This document shows, piece after piece, positions 48,275-61,359 of a stretch of 64,000 nucleotides of DNA. Made by a program: the position numbers and the translations under genes. Position 1 is the first letter of the stretch. Each line of letters begins with the position of its first letter. The stretch covers positions 15,624,001-15,688,000 of the forward strand of contig CM022674.1 of assembly GCA_012295275.1 (NCBI GenBank), given 5' to 3'. A model generated the notes under the pieces. That model saw only the letters and a list, made by a program, of their open reading frames with translations. It was not told the origin of the DNA and ran no database searches. This DNA is from Chrysomallon squamiferum (Eukaryota; Animalia; Mollusca).

Positions 48275-51200
48275 TGTCTATGTTTGTGTGAATGTTGTTC
48301 AGGTCACATAATCTGATACTAATGAATATTTTGATGCATATTCTAATAAACAGGCAGGCAGAACAAAAGTTTCCATTTTCGACTTGCTAATTAAATATTT
48401 TTTGTCTCCGAACAGAACATTTCTAAAGTGAGATATATCTTAGTCACTCAGGCCAATGTTGTTGATGTGATGAATGGCAGTTTAATTATATCCATGAGTA
48501 ATCTATCATTCAGCATAGCACAAAATTTTGTACTCAACTCATGTGAACTAAATTGTCGCTCACACAATTTGTGCACTCTTGGTGGTTAGGCATGTATGTA
48601 TGTATGTATTATATGTGTGTTTGCTTGTGTTGGTTATACTGTTTGATGGTAAAATACTACTGATTAATGTAACATATATTTCTGTTATCTATTAAGTAAG
48701 TTTTGGTTTTTAACTTACTGGTTTTCACAGCTTCATCTCCTGATACACTACTTCTGTTACTTGATATATTTGTATCTGTTCTCATATTTACATTATTTTC
48801 TACCACTGCTCCTTTTGCTGCAAACAGAAAAATAAATTATTTAAACTCACAGCCTATAAGTGTTATTTCTAAAACTGTATGTAGCTACATGAAGAGCATA
48901 CAGTATCAAAAAAGTGTTTGTGTGTGTGCATGCGTGTGCGTGAATTTTGTTGCATATATCACCAGCTATTGCTAAAACATGCATTTTGGCATAAGATAAT
49001 GAAAATGACTATTTTAGAAGCTGTTTCTAAAAACAAAGGTGAGAAAACTAAGAGAATAGCAGATCACAGAATGCTTGGATAGTGTACTGGTTATTCGTTG
49101 AGATAGGTCAAATATGACAAGTGGGCTTTGTTTTCTGGGCAACATTAATAGGTTCAAGAAATTTAGTCAGTGTTTCTTTTAATGAAAAATAAGTAATTTT
49201 GATATGATAAAATTTAGCTACATAGTTGCTAGAGGTCAGCACTGCAGTAAAATGACTTCTAAACAATTAATTGTGTGTTTTACTAGTGTAGTTCACTGCT
49301 GCTTTATGTTACATCCAGTAAGATCATGTGCACCAAAACACGATAAAACTTCCTTCAAGTTTACATATACAGCCGCACACATATATATGCACGCGCATAT
49401 ATATATACACATATATATATATATATATATGTGCGCGTGCATATATATATATATATATACACACACAAATACATATATACATATACATACATATAAACAT
49501 ATACACACATATATACATATATATATATATATGTGTGTTTGTGTGTATGTATATATGCACATACATACATTTTTTCCTGTACTGTATTCCTACAGTTTAT
49601 GAGAATAAACTCATTGTCATTGTCACAACTGTAGAGAAAACTTGGGGTGACACTTTATCATAATACATAAAAATAAACTATATATTAGTGTACATGTACT
49701 TCTTAATTCTATGATATAAAATTCCTGAATGTTTCAGCAGATTATTGATTAAGTATTCTATTGTAATGCTACTTATGAATGTTTACAGTTTTTCTTAGCA
49801 AATGTGTTTTTTTGTGATGACATGGTGACATCAATATCAAAAACTGCTACAAGATCAAAATACATGCATGGTACATTGGAAAGGACATTGTATGTGAATA
49901 CAAAATATATTCATATCTCAGAATTTGGACTCGTCTCCTTTAGCGAAAGTGGGTCACATGTATGGATGTTGTTCATTTAACAGTGTCTCAGAGAAAAGCA
50001 CTAATCTGCATTCTCTTATATATTAAACATGTACAGAAAAAAAAAAAATTTCAGTGTTCAACTTACTAATTAACTTGTTTTTGGCTCCTATTTGAACATT
50101 TCCACAGTGATGTATGTTTGCATGTACAATTATTTGAGTATCTGTGAAACAGAGTAAATACATTTTTAAAAGTATTATTGCATATAACAATATATCATTT
50201 AAAAATGTTTTTAACTGATTATGTGCAGGTGCTATGAAATAAGTATTACTTCAAAGTATTAAAATGTTTAACAGTAGATACAAGATTAATTATAAAGGTC
50301 ATGATGAAGCAAATAAACAGTATCTTGATTGTATTTTGCTTTACTTTTTTAATCCGTGAAACAAAAACACGGTAAAAACATTAAACTTAATTCATTATCA
50401 GTATAACTTTTAAAAGTGTCAATTTTCTAATGCCTAAGATGTAACTAAACAATACATTGAAACAGTGTATTGATACAAATGTATATAGTACTTTTCTCAG
50501 TTTAGAATTTACCATTACTAAAGTAAACAATATATTGAAATATTATATTACAAATATAAAAAAATGTTGACTCTTTATAATTTCCTATTAAAAAAGTAAA
50601 CAGTACATTGAAATACTGTGTGTATTACCACGACTGCTTGACACAGGTAGTTGTAAATGATGTTCTGTACGAGTGATGTCAAAGGAAGATTGAGATGTGA
50701 TGCCAGAGAGAGATACACTTGTCATATTGTCTAAGAGAGACACAGCTGTCACAGTCTCTGCAGAAGAAACAGCTGTCACAGTCTCTACAGTAGAAACAGC
50801 TGTCACAGTCTCTTCAGTAGAAACAGATGTCACAGTTTCTTCAGTAGAAACAGCTGTCACGGTCTCTGCAGAAGAAACAGCTGTCACAGTGGACAAAACA
50901 GCTGATATGTTACGAGAAACTTCTGAACTCTCATTTTTGTCATCCATATTGGCTGAGCTGTAAAAAATAACATAATGATTTATAGATATATATATATAGA
51001 AGGAAGAAATGAAATGTTTTATTTACTTATTTTATTTACTGTTATCTGGCGTCAGATATAAGATTCTGGAACAGTCAGATAACAAAAGAAGAAACCCACT
51101 GCAGTTACTTCTGTCTTATTAACAGCAAGTAATGTTTCATTTATACCTACCCACAGAAAGTACGTACTATTTCATACATCAGGTGTTGAGCACTGCTAAA

Positions 51201-51607
51201 ATGAAAATGGCTCAAGATTCCATCAGCAGGCATTGATCCAAATATCTACATCACCTTGCACACTTTACTAGAGACCTACATCTAGTATATTGTATTAATA
51301 ATAGCATTGACTCATAGACTGTATTCTCAATTACTCAATTTTTTAAATTAATAAAATAAAACAAGGCTTAAATAAATATCCTAAATGTTTCAATAGAGGT
51401 TTATGATCATGTTATTTGAAAGAACTCAGGAAAGCACAATTTCACAATACTGTTACATAAATGCATAGCTCTAATTAATTAGTCTACCTCATTTTGGATT
51501 TGTTCTTTTTCATCTTTGTAGGGGGTGATGATGGACTGACTGGGGCAGGTTCTGGCTCTGGGTTCCTGTGTTTCTCAGCTGTTCTGCTGCTTTGTTTTGT
51601 AGTCAAA
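40530..51607 (-). CDS. NLR-like protein: S/T-rich N-terminus, RHIM, nSTAND3-type P-loop NTPase, ~34 ankyrin repeats (>=~2220 aa)
   Basis: Exons (flanking intron phases): 51607-51488 (2-2), 50957-50629 (2-1), 50141-50067 (1-1), 48817-48719 (1-1), 46957-46925 (1-1), 46636-40530. All are GT-AG and in frame without stops. Motifs: YIETRAE, GSPGSGKTT (Walker A), CIVLIDDIFG (Walker B), LGFPQVC, FFEKP, GTYL...YTFIHQSVFD, then TPLH/SVLHLAA..G..EIV..LI..G.DVN repeats. First in-frame ATG is at 51513; the frame stays open to the exon start. Confidence 0.85.
40560..43940 (-). repeat. High-identity ankyrin-pair array (198/234/237-bp units, 15 units)
   Basis: Three near-identical 198-bp units at about 43020-43620. 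A ~570-bp block is duplicated at an offset of 1410 bp (e.g. 42451 vs 41041). Confidence 0.92.
47083..47835. repeat. Intronic tandem duplication, ~340-410 bp units
   Basis: attattatatctttc..tattactactagtattaaaact..ttacttagttattg..gttctttgtactgtatttcagtagttgcaagtgataataatgacagat occurs at about 47083 and about 47424. Confidence 0.85.
50067..50141 (-). other. 75-nt symmetric (phase 1-1) exon encoding a RHIM
   Basis: ttcacag|at act caa ata att gta cat gca aac ata cat cac tgt gga aat gtt caa ata gga gcc aaa aac aag tta att a|gtaagt = (D)TQIIVHANIHHCGNVQIGAKNKLI. VQIG is at 50097-50086. Confidence 0.75.
50735..50890 (-). repeat. 27-bp coding repeat (TVTAVSSAE-like), about 6 copies
   Basis: gaaacagctgtcacagtctc repeats with a 27-nt period inside exon 50957-50629. 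Confidence 0.85.
51035..51285 (-). mobile_element. Possible decayed tRNA-derived SINE
   Basis: gttatctggcgtcagata...gaaacccactg...aacagcaag...cccacaga...gcact...ttgatcc...ctttacta...ctacatct resembles, from memory, a common gastropod SINE in reverse, with a degenerate tRNA-like head near 51285. Not verified by search. Confidence 0.35.
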
Positions 51608-53849
51608 CTGAAACACACAGATTTACTAGTTCTATTCCACATTTTTCGAAACATTGCAAATAAACATGATAAAAATCAATAGAACAGTTGTCAGAAATCA
51701 CTGTAAACGACAAAACTAGTGCACTGTAACAAAAGTCCATGGAAATTACTGCATTGCAATTAAATTCATTAATTTAGGTTTCATGATATCAACTTTCCAT
51801 TTAGTGCATTTTTCAAACTGAAAACACATACCAACATCAGTCTGCAAACAGAACGGAAAGTCAGAAAGATAATCTGTGAGTAATAATGTTTAATTTTAAA
51901 ATACGCAGAACTGTCTCAGCTGGGTCAGTTCAGATAGTTCAGGATTCAGATTCTTGTGAGGCATCATATTAATAATATTATAATCTATTCCAATATTAGT
52001 TTTTTTAGACCTATTACTAAATTATATAAACAGTACAAATATAAATATGCAATCAACATTTTTATTAAGTAATATTCTTAGTCTTGTCAACTGTACTAAA
52101 TTATTTTATATAAACAATACAAATTAAAATATCACAAATATACACCTGAACATAATGAGTGAAAACGTGACAAGTAATTACAAAGTTGTGATGACTGACA
52201 ACAGAATGATGTTCTATGTTTCTGAATGACAGTTACAAGTGCTTTCATTGTGAGAGGCCAGTGTATGATGTGTCCTTGTTTTTCTTAACTGCAGCATGCT
52301 CACATATCAGATTTTGAACTCCATTGTTTAGCATATCTCTCATTCAGTGTCAATTTGGCACAATGGTGAACATCATTAACACAAAAATGACACAAAATAA
52401 GAATGCATTCAACAGTTATGCCTCAAACCTACAGAACATCAGTCCATTAGTGATCTCAACACTCTACATCCAACCCGATGCTGTAACTCTTCCTTGGTAC
52501 TTACTTAGTGCTATAAAGCATACTTAAAATTTAAATGTTTGGAATAAGTCAGTATGAACATGTCTGATACTCTATATCAGGGTGACAAAACTGTTATATC
52601 TATTAAATAAATATTGTATGATTATTCTTCAGTATTGTGTCTGTTTTTTATATAAACATACTTTGATAATGGGTTGACTTCAGCTTTCAATAATCTACAA
52701 CATTTTTCATTCCAAATCTTGGTCACTTCATGATTTCATGTTAATTTACAGATACATTTCATCTGTGCAGTGTTTGAAACTGTCATCTTAATACACCACC
52801 AATACAGTAGTGGCATCTACGAATAGGTCAGTGTCCATCCATTATCATGCTATGTACAAAGACATTCTTTATTTAATATTTATTTTTAAAGATGATTTCT
52901 TCACACCAGATATATATATGTATTTGAAAAAAAAAAAAAAAACTACAATAAATATTTTAAAGTTATTTCGTGCAGTTAAACATGATTCTAGAGTAATTAT
53001 AATAACATATGATTGTGTGTGTGTAGGTATTCCTTCACTTAAACATTAAATGTAAATGTATTTTCAAAATAATAATAATAGTCATTACTCTATTATGTTT
53101 TTAAATTGTTTACAGATAACTGAATGATAATTTTTCTACACTAAGTATAATAATTTATATCAGATTGAAGATATATATACACAAACACACAGCTGCACTG
53201 GAAACAAATATTTTCTTCACTATGTCAAGACAAAGGGAGTAAAAACAGCTGTATTTATGCTTCAAAATGTTTGGATTAAAGTTAGTGTTACCTAACTGGG
53301 GTTATTTCATTACATAATACTTGTTGAAAACTGATTAAATATTTGAAGAAAGCATAGAATATTCAGTGACTGAAAACATACCAACTTATTTTCTTTCTTA
53401 AATGAATTAAGTGGCAGTCATTTTGTTATCTTGGAAAAAGAAAAAGAATACTGATCAAAGTTTCCAGTGACAAACTTTTCAGTAAGTCCTGTTACTTCAT
53501 TTTTGAAATGTAGATAAATAAATAAATAAATGGCAACAAAGGAAACATTAGGTAAGTCAGGTAAAAATTCATTTTACTTATCAGAGACAAATATGAAATT
53601 TGCTTACTGAAGTGAGTGTAAGTTATTTTATGTAAAGGTTGAAATCTGTTAAAGAAATATTTATAAGTAACAAACTACAACAAAAATGAAAAGTTACTTT
53701 TTAATAAAACCTGGACCTAGCCTGATACTGGCTTTGACAACTAAAGTTTTATCTGTATTGTACTGTACATTGCACACTTCTAACATTAAATTTTAATGTA
53801 GCTAATTTAAACAAGCAGAACATTTACTTACAATTCAGTTTAACCCATA

Positions 53850-54935
53850 TTTAGACATTAGCTGCTGTATGTTAAACCAGTTGTCTGTAACTGACCATAC
53901 AACTCTTCTGTCCTGTCAATAGAACAATACAAAACTTACACACTGATTTACCTTGCTTCATAAAATAACATTGTCAAGTAAGACTTTATTTTATTATGAT
54001 TAATATTACTATTGTAATGAAAGAACTGCTGTCATTTACCAAAATATTAATTAAAAAAAGGAAACATAAAAAGTAAGAATTAAGCACCAAGAGGAACAAA
54101 ATACTAAAAGGCTAAAATTGAAAATAAATCTGTTTTAACTGTTATTTATAAAAAAATGAGTATTAAAAATCATTAACACACTTGAAACTGATGCTTAAAA
54201 TAAAATTGTATTTATTTAGTTAGTTAGTTTCAATGTACATCGATCTGGTTAATTTACAAAATAAAATCTTATGAACCAAACATTATACAATAAAAACTCA
54301 GTCTTTTAAAACATAGATTAGCACTATTTACTAGTGTATTTGTAATATACTAAATTTGTTTCAGTCACATTATAGTTTTATCTGTACACAAGTTATTGAG
54401 ATAGCATGGCTCCCTCTGTTCTGACTGAAAACATTAGCTGATTTCACAAGTTTGAAATCCGAAAGTGGATGTATAACTATTTCATAGCTGAACATTGTAA
54501 AAACAAAAATTCTTAATAAAACAAGGAGTGAATATCTGATGTCATTTGAGGATATAAATTTAAGATTAACCACAGAAATAGAGATGGATTCACTTTTATA
54601 AATAATTTACTGAATTTCTCATCAGCTCCATTATCTGTTGTTTAACACTCACTGCACAATTACCTATGTACATCGATATATTACGCTCAAAACAATTACT
54701 TATTATAATTCAATGTATCCCATTTTTAGATTATTGCTGTTGTATGTTAAACCAGTTGATGTTACTGATCATATAACTTTTTAGTCCTGCCAACAGAATA
54801 ACATAAAACATATATATTTTTTCAAATTATTAAAATATGTGCTAACTTTCGTTTAGAAATTAAATAAAATAAATTTAATACAATAAAAAAACATTTTCTT
54901 TTCTAAAACAACCACAAGAACAACAAAATCCAAAC
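53850..54935. repeat. Degenerate direct repeat about 880 bp apart
   Basis: gctgtatgttaaaccagttg..actga.cata..act..gtcctg.caa.agaa occurs at about 53865 and about 54740. Confidence 0.6.
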
Positions 54936-55399
54936 TCTCAAAAACTCAGAGCGTTATAATTAGAAGAGACAGGATGAAACCTTGGAAGATTTGTTTGTAT
55001 CAAAATTGTTGTTACATTTAATTTCCAGATACCTATATAGCGAGAAAATCCAAATAGCTATGTAGTTTTTTAGTACAGGGTCATCTAGTTTATGTACACG
55101 CATGTGTGATTACAATTTAATTAAGACATAGAAAGTTAAACTACAGGTGTGTGAAACTACAATTACTGTTATTGTTGTTGTTGTTATTAATTCAATTTGT
55201 TACTGCTTGTTAAGAAACACTCAAATTAAACATGTTCATAACTCACTGTATTTTGTTGTTGTTCTCTAAGACTACTGAGCAAACAAACACTTGTGTCCAT
55301 TTTTTGAGGTTTGTAGAATACGGTAATTCATTGTCTCAGTAAACGTGTTTTATCACCCAACCCAGTATAACACCAACTTTAGTTGAGCACCAATGTCAG

Positions 55400-55673
55400 C
55401 ATTACAAGGAATTTTGACAGGACATAGAGGCAAGATGTGGTTACTTTCATAAAATCGCCGAGATGACCGTGTTTCACGAGTAAAGATACAATTAGCATAT
55501 TTGCAGCATCTGAGCCAACAGAAACTACAAAAACAAATACAGTATATAAGTTTTCCTTACGAACAGTAGTGACCCAAATTATTTGCCATCTCCTCGCTCT
55601 GTGAATCACCCAGCAATGAGCTACTTTGTTTGCTTTCAGAGTACTCCGTGCAGACACTGTTTATTTATTTATT

Positions 55674-55753
<80 letters not shown>

Positions 55754-57414
55754 GATTTTCTGCTACGAATTGTTACCTATGTTCAGAATAAAAGTAACAT
55801 GACTAACACGCCCGTATCTCAAGAGAAGTTTGTTCTAGGTCACTGGTTTAGCTGAATACATTCTCACTGTAAGTACGCGAAAATGTCAGTCCATTTCCTT
55901 AGTGTGTCATGTTTCTGAAAGGTTATTTCAGGTTAAAATCAGAAAGATATTGGGTGGATTATCAACAATGTTGAATAAAATTATAATACTACTGTACTTC
56001 AAAAGTAATAATTTAAATTTACTATTACTTCTCCCATGAGTAAGGTTTTTTTCGAATTAAATTAAGTAGGCCTAAGTAAAAAAAAAAAAAAAAAAAATTA
56101 AATTGACCTCTAATCTACTGAAACACTTTAAAGTGGAATAAACAAACAGGCACAGTAGTAGGAAGAAAAGTAAATGTGTTATTATAGCGAATGTTAAAAT
56201 TATATATAAAAAAAACAACAACATTTTACTGAAAATCGTCACAAAAATTAAATGAAGAATAAAAGTAAATAAATAAATAAACAAACTCAAAGAAGTGAAT
56301 AAAGAAAGAAAGAACGATGTAGAAACTGGACACGGACATATCCCCCCCCCCGAAACTAAAAGTGCACAGGCGGACATATCCACCAGCGGAAATGCACTAT
56401 AGGATAAATGCTCCACGAATTAAAATAAAAAGTATTTCTAATAATTAGAATAATAATAAAAGGACAACGAGACAAAACATTCTTTCATTGTTTAAAAAAG
56501 TGCCTTTCACTTTATTGTCAAAATTGTGGGATTTATGCAACTGTTTATTAGGTCAAGTAAATTGGGTGTGACGAGCTTTAATGAATGAATAACTTTAAAA
56601 ATAACCCACATAATTAGTATGACACGTGACATAGCATAGCTTGGAAAATATGAAATCATATTTCACTCGACACTGACAACACTGATTTCGATGTAAGATT
56701 TAAATTAATTGATTATACGAATGCAGTGAGAAATAAACCTGAATGAATGGATGATTGTACCCTTTCCTTTATGGCTGGTATCTGGACTCAGCTTTTGATG
56801 CGTTTTAAACAGCCAGAAACTAATCGCTTCATTAACTAGGTTTAATATATTTAAAAAATAATAATAATAATAATAAATAATAACAAAAAAATTAAAAAAA
56901 AATAAAAATTAAAAAATTGGGATGTATATTTTAATTCAATCCTTAACAAGGTAGTCTTGGAATAAATCATCGAGCTGGCAATAATGCTTTCAATATAGGA
57001 ATTTTTTCTGAAATGCACAGATTCCTTTGAACTACAAAACAAATTATAGAAAATAATTGTTTATCTAAAGGACCTACCTGATGTGTGTTTAGTCACGTTC
57101 TTTCTGTATCTTTAGTTTTTGTTTGCGCTGTTGAGATATATCTCTTTTTCTCTCTGTTGTGCATATACTTTTGTTGTTACATCTAAACCAACGTCCAATA
57201 ATGTAAAATGTACATAACATAACTGACCTTCCTAATGTTAAGAATACCAGTCTCTCACACCGGATAATGTTATTAAATGTTTCCTACGTTCTCTGAACGA
57301 TAGTACAATGAACACATAACACAGTGTATTGTGTGTGTGTCTGTCTGTTTGTGTATGTACTTTTGTATGACATTGTCACTACATTCTTATTAATATATGT
57401 GAGTTTGTGGATAT

Positions 57415-57465
<51 letters not shown>

Positions 57466-58930
57466 CATTCAGAGATAGATTGAGAGATAGATAGAAAGAT
57501 AGTGACAATTTATAAGATCATGAAGACTCCTTGATTGATTCAGTATAGTCATGGTACAACCGAAATGACTGGTGTAATAAAATTATTTGTACCAGTCGTA
57601 CAGAGACCTTGTATTACATTTTCATTTTTACTCGATGATATAAATTAATTACAATTCATATCCTCAGAGAATGCAAAGAGAGGTATCAAGGACTTATAAA
57701 AACAAGAAAATATAAGGGAAATAAGTCAAAACTAATAATTAAAGTAGGTGTATTTTCTGTAATAATTAACTAATTAACTTTCCAACTTCGCGCAATAACA
57801 GTATTTTTCTCCATCAAGCATACATTCTCTATAACACATTGGATAAAGAGCTACTGGAAACTAAATATTTTTTATAAAATAAATCAGATGGCCATTTTTA
57901 TGATTTTAATATCGCAAATAATTCGAGATTCGAGACACAGTTATCGATGATAAATACCATTAAACCATTTGAGACATTTTTTTTCTATGATTCTTAAGTA
58001 AGATGTAAGTAATTTAAGAAGAATAAGCTAATGTAATTCATCCTCAAACACAAGTCATGTAACAGGAATTTTTGTCCGCCATGACACTTTAGCGATACAA
58101 CGCCGAGATGACCGTGTTTCACGAGGTAAAGAATGCAATGAGCATATTTGCAGCCTCTTGATAAAATTTCATACAATAAGGTAAACATACGAATTGTATA
58201 CTGTGAAATAAATAAAGAACCAACAGAAACTACAAAAAACAATATAGTATAAGTTTTCCTTACAAGCAGAAGTGACACAACTTTTTCGCCATCTCCTCGC
58301 TCTGTTAATCACTAAGAATGAGCTACTTTGTTTAGCTTTCAGAGTACTCCGTGCCGACACTGTTTGTTTATTTATTTATTTACTATTATTACACTGTTTG
58401 TTTATTTTATTTATTTATTATTATTATTATTATTTTATTTTTTTTGATACAATTGTTTTACCTACATTCAGAATATATTTCACGTGACTAACAGATCTAT
58501 CTCTCAAGTTTCATCTTCTTTATGTACTTTATTCTAAAAAGCAGTTTGTTCTAGGTCACTGGTTTAGCTGAATGCATTATCACTGAGAGCTGGTTAAAAT
58601 GTCAGTCAGTTTTGTGAGTCTGTCATGTTTCTGAAAGATGATTTCAGGTTAAAGTCAAAAACATAATGGGTGGGTTATCAACAATGTTGAATAAAATTAT
58701 AATACTGCTGTACCTCAAAAGTAAAACTGATATGAATTAAATATTTTAAATTTACTTTTAATTCTCTCGTGTGTAAGGGTTTTTGAATTAAATTAAGTAG
58801 ACGTAAGTACAAAAAAAAAAAAAAAAAAGAAAACAAAATGGCGTGTAATCTTACTGAAACACTTTTAAGTGGAATAAACAAACGGGCACAGTAGCAGGAA
58901 GAAAAGTAAATGTGTTATTATAGTAAATGT
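55400..58930. repeat. ~800-900 bp direct duplication (55400-56190 vs 58050-58930)
   Basis: Shared cgccgagatgaccgtgtttcacgag (55455/58102), tttgttctaggtcactggtttagctgaat (55829/58545), atcaacaatgttgaataaaattataatact (55961/58677) and ggaagaaaagtaaatgtgttattatag. Confidence 0.9.
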
Positions 58931-58933
58931 GTG

Positions 58934-58981
<48 letters not shown>

Positions 58982-60174
58982 GACACACACACATATATAG
59001 CTGTCGTATTTTTTACACTGAATTCACTGAAAAAGTTATACATTCACTCTGTGTTTGAAATAAATTCACAACTATTGTGAATAAATATTTTTATTTTACA
59101 CTAGTTTACTTTCTTTCCATTGGTTATTAATAAAGACAAGAAACACTTGATTCAAAAGTTAAAAAGATTTTTTATTCACAGAAATCATGATTATTAACTG
59201 ATTTATAACAGATTTATTTTAAAAATGCTTAACAAACAAATCGAAAATATTTTACAAATTATTAAAAGGATAATGAGCAAACAGTTTGGAATGATTTTTC
59301 ATTTTCAGTGTTCAATCATGCCTGTACTGGGCACCCTATTCGAGTAAATTTAGAAGTTAATTTCACTGATAATTAATTGCAAAAATTTAAATTAAAATTA
59401 ATCATAATTAAACATAATTATTATTAATAAGCAAATATGAAATAATAATTATAATAACAAATTTAATTTAAGATGTAGAATAATTATTACCTATGTGAAA
59501 ATGTAAAATGATATTAAGAATAACAAATTACGTTTAATTTAAAATACATGTATGTGAAATAATTGTTAAATCGTAATTATTTTCAATACGAAAATGTAAA
59601 ATAATAATTATCATAACAAATTAGGAATAAGCTGAACACTCACAATGACTGTTTTATGGCTAAACACAAAGCCTGGATTTCATCTAGTTTTATCACAGTT
59701 CAGTTTTTTCCCTTTCGTGGTTTAATAATGTGTTATGAATCTGCTAATGTAAAATATAACAAATTGTGAATGATCAATTAATTGAAAAAAAGACAAATAA
59801 AAATGTATTACAATGTTCTTCATTTTCAGAACATTTTAGCAACAGCAGTATGTAAGTGCATGTATGTATGTATGTATGTATGTATGTATGTATGTATGTA
59901 TGTATGTTTGTAGTCCATATACTTGTATGTGTGTGTGTTTTTGAGCATATACAGAAAAGATGAACACAATACAAGTCATTAAAATAATTTAAGTGGGATT
60001 TTGTATACATACTGCAAATATAAAGAAATGAGAAAGAGTTGTGTTAACATATTCGAAAACTGGTTTAATAACAGGTGTAAAGTTATTCTTCAAAATTAAA
60101 TTATATATATATATATGGTGGGTTTCAAGAACTTCAGCTTCGCCTAACCATTAATGTTAATTATTTGTTTGTCT

Positions 60175-61180
60175 TCACGTTTCAATTTTTCTGTCAATTA
60201 TTTTCTGAAATGATCCAGACTGATTTTGTACATTCTTCAAGGTCTGAACAACCTGTAAATAAAAAAGGGAAGAAATAGTAGCAGGTTATTTTGTGTATGA
60301 CATTTACGTAGATATTTAAGTATATTATAACTGTTAGTTACTGGCAAATGATTGCAGTGTGATATCGCCCTTCATTTGTACAGTAAGTAACAACTTTTAT
60401 TTATTAATGTATTATTTTTTTAATTCTAATTTCTTATTTTTGTTTTGTTTTTATTTTTGTCTTGATTTTCTTTTTAAATTGATTGATTTATTTAATTAAT
60501 TAGAGAGAGATAGAGATACACAAAGAGGTACAGATATATATAGCTTTGTTTTGTTCTGTTTTGTTTTTGTTTAAGTTTTTTTTTGACGGAGGAACTATTC
60601 TTATTCATATTTAAATTGTAATTAATATTAGATGTTTGGGGGGTTAGGTGTTTTTTGGAGAGCTGTTAAGGGAGATCACTCACCTGTTTAATGGTTGGCT
60701 GCTGTTGTTTAACACACACATCAACATATCATGAGGTCTTTGTTCATACTAATGTGTGTTTGTTCACCAACACTCACAATTCACCAGCTCTATCACCTGA
60801 CACACACACACACACATCACATATCACAGGTGGCTTGAATTCACACAACACTCAAAGGACACACACACACACACACACGGCATGAATTCACACACACAAA
60901 CTTGAATTCACACACACACACACACACACACACAAACAACACACACACACAAACACACACACAAACAAACAAACACACACACAAACAAACACACACACAA
61001 AACACACAAAAACAACAAATTGTATCAAATTACCTCTTCCTCCTTCCAAACACATCCACACTCAAACACATAAACACACACAAACACAAACACACACACA
61101 CACTCAAGCACACAAACATATACACAAACAAATCACATCAAACTACACCTTCCTCTGTGGCGATCTCTTCAAACAGGTCT

Positions 61181-61238
<58 letters not shown>

Positions 61239-61326
61239 ACATACCCACACACAACCACACACACAAAAACACACACACGCACACACAAACACACACACAC
61301 AAACACAAACACAAACACACACACAC

Positions 61327-61359
<33 letters not shown>

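Noticed and set aside
53380-53650. Candidate further coding exons of the STAND gene (about 53645-53608 and 53429-53382)
   Set aside because: Splice-like signals are present, but the frames contain stops or give no phase-2 join; at most these are 5' UTR exons and are unsupported.
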